DNA from: Verrucomicrobiales bacterium
Lineage (GTDB): Bacteria > Verrucomicrobiota > Verrucomicrobiia > Verrucomicrobiales > V1-33
DNA: 24,277 bases
Assembly (NCBI GenBank): GCA_031411295.1
Contig: JANOAV010000166.1
Span: 1 to 24,277 of the forward strand
Direction: 5' to 3'
Under the pieces are notes generated by a model. It was given only the letters and a program-made list of their open reading frames with translations. It made no database searches and had not been told where the DNA came from. Positions 18,508 through 24,277 of this stretch are shown here, one piece after another. Numbering within the stretch: position 1 is the first letter of the stretch; each line of letters opens with the position of its first letter. Both the position numbers and the translations under genes were made by a program.

Positions 18508-19511
18508 GATTTCTCAGGCAGGAGTTTTTCCAAGTCGTGAAAATGGATCGGCGCATAGCCGCAGGGCAGCGGTGTGATGATGACGTCTATGGGGATGATG
18601 ACGGAGTCGAAACGCACCACATTAGCAGGATGCACATCCCACAGCAGCATCTGCCCCATGCGCCAAGCCTCGGAGTGTTCGTAGCCGATTCCCTTCCATT
18701 TTAACCGCACGAATCCCATGGCCTCCATGCCACTGCGGATTTCCTCCAGCGTAACCTTTTGCCCCATCACGTCCGGCTGCCGCGTGACGATTGACCAGCT
18801 ATTTTTGCCCGCACGCCACATTCCCAGCAGTTCAATCCGGTCCTCCAGCAACTCATTCTGAAACCGCAGGCGCTCCAGATACTCGGACGGCAGCGCATTG
18901 CGCAGGTAGGGCTTGCCACTTTCATCCCAATCCACGGTAAATCCGGCGGAGTCTGGCTTAGTAAATTTTATCCAGCAGCCGGTCAGTGGATCATACGTCA
19001 CATCATGCTCCCGCCCACCGGAATACTCGGGACCGGGGCCAGCTAGCACTTTTCCGGTTTGCTCAGCCCACTTTGTGAGCGCAGCCCATTCTCGCTCCGG
19101 TCCTTCCCAGTCAGCGTCCCCATCAGCAGTTTCATCTGCGCATACGCTTTCTCCGAGGAACGCCGCTGCGGCTGCGAGCGTCCCCTGCGTAACTCTGCTT
19201 TGTGTTGTGCTGTCATCTTGGGTGTCATCCGGTAAATCTTCCATTTCGGCAAGTTCTGAGTCGGAGAAAATCACGTCTGCCCCCAGATACTCTTCCGGCC
19301 AGCCAGTTTCATCCACAATCTCACATGTCACGCGGCCGATTTCCCAATCAAGTCGCCGGGAAGCCATTTCCAGCACCCCGGTGTGCGGGCCTCCTAAGGT
19401 TGGGATTTCAAAGTTCAATCCCAGTGCCACCAGCGGTAGGTCCACACTGCTCCACAGCAACCCATCCCACAGGATGCGTTGGCCATTGGCGGTTGTGAAA
19501 ATGATCTCCAT
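18504..19511 (-). CDS. Putative protein kinase of the polyvalent-protein (Kinase-PolyVal-like) type with N-terminal extension
   Basis: C-terminal ~170 aa: GGREHDV (Gly-loop-like), WIKFT (beta3 Lys), EYLERLRFQNELLED (helix C-like), IVTRQPDV (hinge), DVHPANV (catalytic-loop-like), IPID (metal-binding Asp). TGA overlaps the res ATG; start is 9 nt after the mod stop. Confidence 0.72.
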   Translation of the reverse strand: MEIIFTTANGQRILWDGLLWSSVDLPLVALGLNFEIPTLGGPHTGVLEMASRRLDWEIGRVTCEIVDETGWPEEYLGADVIFSDSELAEMEDLPDDTQDDSTTQSRVTQGTLAAAAAFLGESVCADETADGDADWEGPEREWAALTKWAEQTGKVLAGPGPEYSGGREHDVTYDPLTGCWIKFTKPDSAGFTVDWDESGKPYLRNALPSEYLERLRFQNELLEDRIELLGMWRAGKNSWSIVTRQPDVMGQKVTLEEIRSGMEAMGFVRLKWKGIGYEHSEAWRMGQMLLWDVHPANVVRFDSVIIPIDVIITPLPCGYAPIHFHDLEKLLPEKS

Positions 19512-19520
19512 AAAAATGTC

Positions 19521-21215
19521 TTATGGTTGGAGTTCGGCTTCAAGGCCTTTTTGGCCGTTCCGCCGGACTCGCTTGTCCCGACCCAAGCCGAACTTCAGCG
19601 CCAGACTTTGCGGGATGGTTTCCACTTGGATGTGACTGGCCTTGGCGAGGCGTGGGGCCAGCAGGCCCGGTTGCCAGGTGTAAATGATCACGCCCGGTAG
19701 TCCTTTGGCTCGTTTGAGGATTTCTGTGGCCGTGGTTTTCTGCACGTGCGGCACGTAGGCCAGGGCTCCGTCCTCGTCCTGGGTCCAGTGGAGTTTGGCT
19801 TCGCTGTAGGCTTCCAAGCGCTCCCGGTGGATGAGCTGCAGCGCGGTCCACACTTGGCTGTGCTCTATGTCCGTTAAGTCGCCTTCCGCCACTCTCCGGC
19901 ACCGCAAGTAGGCGAAGTCTCCGCCCAGCCCCGGCTTCTCCCCATACCCGGCAATGACCCGCCGCACCCGCTCCGCACACACGTCCCGACACAGGTTCTT
20001 CTCTGGATCATCTTCCGTGGCCTCCGTGCTGGACACGAGGATGAAACGTCGGTTCCCACCATCCGCCGCGTTTTGTTTCAACACCGCATGGGCCGTGGTG
20101 CCGCTGCCGGCAAAGAAGTCGAGCACGATGTCGTTGGGTCCGCAGCCGATTCCAATGATGCGTTCCAAAAGGCTAACCGGTTTTGGTGTGGAAAATAAAT
20201 CTGTTCCGCCTTCGAGTCCCAAAATTTTGCTCAATTCCTGTTTGGAATGTCGAGTGCTTCCAACTTCTTGCCAGGTCCATAGCGTTTGAGGCACGACGCC
20301 ATCCCGAACCTCGGAAATAAATCTCTTAATTCCCGGTCGGTTATCGCCTGTCTTTCCCCACCAGATGCGATTGTCGCGATCAAGCTCATCAAATTTCTTT
20401 CTGCTTACCCTCCAGTAACTTCCGGGTGGAGGGCCATCGATAACACGGCCCATCTTTGTTGTGATTGGATATCGGCCTTCGCTATAAGGATTGCGTGCAG
20501 CAAGGTCGCTCAGTAGCCATGACCCTCTCGGATCATTGTCCGGGTTTTTGTAACGAGCTTTCATCTCGTCGGTTCTCGGAATGCGATTTGGCCTCCAGAT
20601 CGATTTATTTAGTGCGAACACCTGAATGTATTCATGGTCATCACTGAAATGAGTTGCAGTGTTTTTTGGGCTGTCGATTTTTTGCCAGATGCAAGTTGCG
20701 ATGAAGTTCGTTTCACCGAAGACCTTTTCCATGAGCAGGCGCAAGGAGGCGACCTCATTGTCATCAATATGCACAAAAATAACCCCATCCTCCGCCAGCA
20801 ATTCCTTGGCCAGCGTGAGGCGTTGATACATGAACTCGCACCAGCGGGAGTGCCTCCAGGCATCGTCCTTATCCACGAAACGGTCGTTATACACGAAGTC
20901 CCGGTTCCCGGTGTTGTAGGGAGGATCGATGCAGATGCACTTCACCCGCCCGGCATAGGCCATGCGCAGGAAGCGCAGGGCATCATAGTTATCCCCCTCC
21001 ACAATCAAGTTCCGCCAACCCTCCGCAGCCCCCGAACCAGGCGGGGTGGAAAGCGCCATATCCAAATCCAACGCCACAAAGTCATCATTGAGCGCCTTTT
21101 CCCGCTCCACTTCGTTCGTCTCCCACACCAGGCCGAACCGAGTGGCATCCCGCCGATCCCGCGCCTCCAGCAGGCGCAGTAGTTCATCACGGGAGTAGTC
21201 ATCGTAGCGGGACAT
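19521..21215 (-). CDS. Type III Mod-like N6-adenine DNA methyltransferase (beta class)
   Basis: NLIVEGDNYDAL, motif IV CIDPPYNTG, IFVHIDDNE, central TRD, FSTPKPVSLL, motif I VLDFFAGSGTTAHAV. ATG 21215 (alternative TTG 21221). Confidence 0.93.
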   Translation of the reverse strand: MSRYDDYSRDELLRLLEARDRRDATRFGLVWETNEVEREKALNDDFVALDLDMALSTPPGSGAAEGWRNLIVEGDNYDALRFLRMAYAGRVKCICIDPPYNTGNRDFVYNDRFVDKDDAWRHSRWCEFMYQRLTLAKELLAEDGVIFVHIDDNEVASLRLLMEKVFGETNFIATCIWQKIDSPKNTATHFSDDHEYIQVFALNKSIWRPNRIPRTDEMKARYKNPDNDPRGSWLLSDLAARNPYSEGRYPITTKMGRVIDGPPPGSYWRVSRKKFDELDRDNRIWWGKTGDNRPGIKRFISEVRDGVVPQTLWTWQEVGSTRHSKQELSKILGLEGGTDLFSTPKPVSLLERIIGIGCGPNDIVLDFFAGSGTTAHAVLKQNAADGGNRRFILVSSTEATEDDPEKNLCRDVCAERVRRVIAGYGEKPGLGGDFAYLRCRRVAEGDLTDIEHSQVWTALQLIHRERLEAYSEAKLHWTQDEDGALAYVPHVQKTTATEILKRAKGLPGVIIYTWQPGLLAPRLAKASHIQVETIPQSLALKFGLGRDKRVRRNGQKGLEAELQP

Positions 21216-21270
21216 AGGCAAGCAAATGGGAAGACGTTAGCATCAACAGATGCCAACACGGAAATACCGC

Positions 21271-21311
21271 CCTCCTTTCGCACGCAGATGGTCAGGAAGG
21301 CAACTCATTTT
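21271..21311 (+). repeat. ~40-bp direct repeat, copy 1
   Basis: cctcctttcgcacgcagatggtcaggaaggcaactcatttt. The 23-bp core at 21289-21311 is identical to 21877-21899. Confidence 0.9.
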
Positions 21312-21457
21312 CCACCGTAAGCGATGGTGGGATCCCCCCGGGGCATAGCGGAGACCAGAAATTGTGTTTCCATTTCCACCAGTTTTGTTCTATATCGTCA
21401 GAAAGGGTGGTGAATTATTATGACTCGAATGACACAAATATTTTCCAGATTCAGACC

Positions 21458-21613
21458 ATGACGGACATACCTACGGAAGAACTGAGAGAAAAGTGGTGGC
21501 AAGCGCTGCGTGATTGGCGTGAAGGTAGAATAACTTTCGATGAACTGGTAGCCCGCCATGCCGAATTTGGGATGTCTGAGGATCGCGGTCGATCAGCTTT
21601 GGCGATGAAATGA
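21458..21613 (+). CDS. 51-aa microprotein, paralog A
   Basis: MTDIPTEELREKWWQALRDWREGRITFDELVARHAEFGMSEDRGRSALAMK. Supported by an ungapped 23/51 identity to 21684-21839. Confidence 0.7.
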   Translation: MTDIPTEELREKWWQALRDWREGRITFDELVARHAEFGMSEDRGRSALAMK

Positions 21614-21683
21614 AAAAGCCCCAGGACACGAATCCCAGTGACCCTCATAAACCCGATTCCATGATCATCCAACAAACTCAATC

Positions 21684-21839
21684 ATGACCATCCAACAAAC
21701 GCAGCAACAAATAGATGCTTGGTTGCAAGCCATCAAGGACCTAAGGGAGGGCAAATTGACGCAGGAGGAACTGATCGCCCGGCATGAGGAGTTCGGGTTT
21801 GAAGAAAAACATGTTCGAGGGTTCCTCCAACAGAAATGA
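21684..21839 (+). CDS. 51-aa microprotein, paralog B (not in the ORF track)
   Basis: Manual translation: MTIQQTQQQIDAWLQAIKDLREGKLTQEELIARHEEFGFEEKHVRGFLQQK. Same length and register as paralog A. Confidence 0.7.
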   Translation: MTIQQTQQQIDAWLQAIKDLREGKLTQEELIARHEEFGFEEKHVRGFLQQK

Positions 21840-21859
21840 ATCCCCGGCCAAGTGATCCA

Positions 21860-21899
21860 CCTCCTTTCTCCGCAACTGGTCAGGAAGGCAACTCATTTT
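21860..21899 (+). repeat. ~40-bp direct repeat, copy 2
   Basis: cctcctttctccgcaactggtcaggaaggcaactcatttt. Matches 21271-21311 with 3 mismatches and 1 indel. Confidence 0.9.
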
Positions 21900-21959
21900 A
21901 GACTTTCTAGTGGTCGCACCGCTCATTCCCGGATTCGGGCGTTATACGGTCAAAGAATT

Positions 21960-22051
21960 CTCTGCGATCCTCTGCGCCCTCTGCGGTTGAAAATTCATTG
22001 GATGGCAGCCCGGGATGCCGTTTAATCGCAGTGGTGCAGAGAGCCGCAGAG
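21960..22051. repeat. Imperfect inverted repeat of ~9-10-bp cgcagag-type units (REP-like, possible terminator)
   Basis: Left arm 21960-21988 ctctgcgatcctctgcgccctctgcggtt; right arm 22024-22051 aatcgcagtggtgcagagagccgcagag. It lies 12 nt beyond the vapC stop. Confidence 0.7.
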
Positions 22052-22063
22052 GCAGGGTGGAGA

Positions 22064-22435
22064 TTACAGTAGAGTTAACCCGTGAGCCACGAAGGGTTGA
22101 AAGTCCTTGTGATTATTTGTGGCCAGAACGGCCCCTGCGATGATGGCGGTGGATGCGATCATGGCATCCACGCGGAGACCGCGTTTCCGTCCAGCCGCAT
22201 TGAACAGGTGGGCTGCGGTGCTGGCTTGCGCATCGTCGAAGGGGATTATTTCCTCTAAAAATGAGCGCATGGCAAGAATCTGGGCCGGGGTTACTGGGCC
22301 ACACAAAAATTCATACCATGCGGGCATAGCGGTCACTAAACGCTCTCCGGCCTGGCTCCAAGTAATCAGGGAGGCACTTTCTGCGCTGCCTGGAACAAGC
22401 CCCAGAATCAAATAGTTCGTATCTAGGCAAATCAT
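22064..22435 (-). CDS. vapC: PIN-domain toxin, VapC family
   Basis: MICLDTNYLI, WYEFLCG, RVDAMIASTA, LATNNHKDF; 123 aa. ATG 22435 overlaps the antitoxin TGA. Confidence 0.88.
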   Translation of the reverse strand: MICLDTNYLILGLVPGSAESASLITWSQAGERLVTAMPAWYEFLCGPVTPAQILAMRSFLEEIIPFDDAQASTAAHLFNAAGRKRGLRVDAMIASTAIIAGAVLATNNHKDFQPFVAHGLTLL

Positions 22436-22695
22436 CGGCCTCTCCATTGTTTCCGGTCTTGGCGGACTTCGGTGAGATAGGCTTTGGCTGCTGCGGGGGA
22501 CAGGCCTGCGCCCTGGGTATGGAGGGCCTGCAAGAGGGCGACGGGGTCTGGTTCCGAGGCAGCGGTCTGAGCACTGGCAATCGCGCGACGAATCACTTCC
22601 GCCTGCGAGACTTTCCAGGTATGAGCAAGGAGGCGAATGCGTTGGGTCGTGCTTTCATCCAGTGAGAATGTGGAGCGATGAGTCATGGTGGCCAT
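22432..22695 (-). CDS. vapB: Ribbon-helix-helix (CopG-like) antitoxin, VapB
   Basis: RSTFSLDESTTQRIRLLAHTWKVSQAEVIRRAI fits an RHH pattern. Directly upstream of and overlapping the PIN gene. Confidence 0.82.
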   Translation of the reverse strand: MATMTHRSTFSLDESTTQRIRLLAHTWKVSQAEVIRRAIASAQTAASEPDPVALLQALHTQGAGLSPAAAKAYLTEVRQDRKQWRGR

Positions 22696-22784
22696 ACCAT
22701 CCTTTTATACCATCACTGGGACGGGCGTCAACCGCTTCGCTGGAGCAGACGCAGCGGAGCCGGGCCGTCTTTGGCGGCGTGGAG

Positions 22785-24056
22785 TCAAAAGTTCCAAACG
22801 GCATATAGCACCGCAGAGGGGGCTGGTCCCCCGCGGTTGGTATCCCGCAGGGTCTGACTCAAGCTGGTCTTGACCGCCCAGTGTTCATTAAAGGTATAGA
22901 CCAACCCCAGCGTGGTTAACAGTTGCCACGCATCGGTATGGTCCATCGGGATTACGCTAAAGAGTTCTGTGCCCAACGCCCAATGGGGGCTGAAATTGTA
23001 GAGCGTGCCCAGTCCGCCGTAAAGGGAATCACTGGCCTCAGAGTCCAGTGCCCACTGGTAGCCCACTTCGCCAAAATGATACCACGGCCCCATCGTTTTC
23101 CCAAACTGGAGCGGCAGTTGCAGGCGCCACACGCCGTCCCCCAGTCCGCGCGCTTCCTCTGCGGTGGGGATAAATACCTTGGGGGCGATGCCCCATGCCC
23201 AGGCGCCAGACTTAGCATCTTCATCTTGGAAACGCCACTTTACTTTGAATTCGGTATCTCCATAGCCGAATTCGTGCCCGCCGTGATCGGGCCAAACGTC
23301 CTTGGTATAGGTGGTGAGATTCAGGCGCACTTGTGGCAAGATCGCGTAATTCCAGTCCAGCACCTCCGTCAGGTTGCTGCCGCCGGAATTGTGCTCTGTC
23401 GTCGCTCCGATTTTAATTTCCCAGCCGGGCGAAAAATTTGGGTCATCGGTATAAAAAGGAGAGTCCGCCTTCGCATCTGGGCGGACCGCTGCATAGAGCG
23501 CCACGGTCCAGATGACTTTCCTCAGCCCCACGGCATTGCGCCGCCGCATTTTGAAGTAAATGATGATCCCGCTTACACTGAGCGCCAACAAGGCCAGCCC
23601 CCACAGCATCGCCAGCACCAATCCGCCATCTCCGAAAGCCTCGCCACTGTGCAGCCGACGAATGAAAGACTTATCCGCATAGTCCTCCAGCCGCAGCACC
23701 CGCCCGTCATGGGCGTCACAGGTGACTTTCTTATCTTCTCCGCCCTTGGCACCGCCGATGTAGAAAGTGATCGTGGGCTTCCCACCCTTGAATTGCCAAG
23801 CAATGCTGTCCACCGGCACCTCCCCCAGCCTTGCCAGGACCGCCGCCCGTGCCTGCGCCAGGGAGGCCAGCGCACTGGCATCCGCCGTGAGCGTGCTGAC
23901 GGGAGATACCAGGTCCCGGGTTTGTTCCCGGAGGGCTTCCTCCTCCCCAAAAAATTCCACACCGGCCAGCCAGATGCCAGTGGTAGATGCTAAGATTAAG
24001 AACAGTGTGGCGGGGAGCCCTATCCAGCGATGCCACTTGCGAAGCTTGTTTTGCAT
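22785..24056 (-). CDS. Fusion of a PepSY-associated TM domain and a putative outer-membrane beta-barrel transporter-like domain
   Basis: N-half: LRKWHRWIG + TM, PepSY-like VTCDAHDGRVL, RRLHSGE + TM ending SGIIIY. C-half: PFYTDDP, GYGDTEFKVKWRF, amphipathic strands and terminal VWNF (aromatic BAM-signal-like end). Confidence 0.8.
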   Translation of the reverse strand: MQNKLRKWHRWIGLPATLFLILASTTGIWLAGVEFFGEEEALREQTRDLVSPVSTLTADASALASLAQARAAVLARLGEVPVDSIAWQFKGGKPTITFYIGGAKGGEDKKVTCDAHDGRVLRLEDYADKSFIRRLHSGEAFGDGGLVLAMLWGLALLALSVSGIIIYFKMRRRNAVGLRKVIWTVALYAAVRPDAKADSPFYTDDPNFSPGWEIKIGATTEHNSGGSNLTEVLDWNYAILPQVRLNLTTYTKDVWPDHGGHEFGYGDTEFKVKWRFQDEDAKSGAWAWGIAPKVFIPTAEEARGLGDGVWRLQLPLQFGKTMGPWYHFGEVGYQWALDSEASDSLYGGLGTLYNFSPHWALGTELFSVIPMDHTDAWQLLTTLGLVYTFNEHWAVKTSLSQTLRDTNRGGPAPSAVLYAVWNF

Positions 24057-24217
24057 TAAATCAGGTGATTAGTAAATTGTTGATGGTGCGGCCCCGCGTC
24101 CCGAGGCGTGAGCATGACCATTTGGTTGGTGGCAGCAGCAATGGCAAGAAAAATCAGTCGGACAGGGAGCCGTCCTAGGAGTGATTATTCCACAGCCCAA
24201 TACAAAAAAAGACGCTC

Positions 24218-24277
24218 GGAGTTCCGCCTTTAGGCGGTTGCGCAGACACAGTTCGAACCGCCTAAAGGCGGAACTCC
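24218..24277. repeat. REP-like doublet with perfect 22-bp inverted arms
   Basis: ggagttccgcctttaggcggtt (24218-24239) and aaccgcctaaaggcggaactcc (24256-24277), 16-nt spacer. Each arm also holds an internal hairpin, ccgcct-tt-aggcgg. Confidence 0.9.

Noticed and set aside
18913..19635. 240-aa Ser-rich plus-strand ORF
   Set aside because: Antisense to the kinase and mod genes; its composition mirrors their acidic codons.
19521..21215. Phase-variable simple sequence repeat in mod
   Set aside because: No long homopolymer or short tandem repeat tract seen in the gene or just upstream.
21854..21869. gatccacctcctttct, resembling the 16S rRNA 3' end (gatcacctcctttct)
   Set aside because: No upstream 16S sequence; it is a short match overlapping the direct repeat.
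21271..21899. Direct repeats as a CRISPR array or integron attC sites
   Set aside because: Only two copies ~590 bp apart, no cas or integron integrase gene, and no attC-like inverted structure.
21741..21926. 61-aa minus-strand ORF containing the AAAGGAGG element
   Set aside because: Antisense to microprotein B, whose frame is supported by paralogy; no matching ORF follows repeat copy 1.
23520..23549. Tat signal at MRRRN in the fusion junction
   Set aside because: Lacks the S/T-R-R-x-F-L-K consensus; the basic residues also fit the positive-inside end of the preceding TM helix.
22923..23993. 356-aa plus-strand ORF
   Set aside because: Antisense shadow of the PepSY-barrel gene with no recognisable motifs.

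Overview
A GC-rich bacterial window whose gene content suggests Verrucomicrobiota (inference only). The left part (1-9.4 kb) is mostly core or lineage-specific: a 5'-truncated FN3 protein, a secreted CxxCH protein, OsmC, two tandem paralogous secreted proteins sharing a conserved Gly/Tyr/Pro tail, an SGNH hydrolase, a helical-repeat protein, plsX, a small membrane protein and an EamA/DMT transporter. The middle (9.6-15.9 kb) is a metal-efflux cassette: His/Asp-rich leader ORF, CzcC/TolC, CzcA-type RND pump and NreB-like MFS, with no periplasmic adaptor gene. It lies between two 107-bp copies of the EamA 5' end. The right part (16.0-22.7 kb) is a defence-like island: a Type III-like mod/res pair with a polyvalent-protein-type kinase gene coupled between them, two paralogous 51-aa proteins bracketed by ~40-bp direct repeats, and a vapBC pair. 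The window ends with a PepSY-TM/beta-barrel in-frame fusion gene and a REP-like palindrome. The best candidate for an undescribed system is the mod-kinase-res operon, possibly together with the divergent microprotein pair. I found no tRNA, rRNA, CRISPR array, integrase or transposase. Family names come from manual motif recognition; no searches were run.
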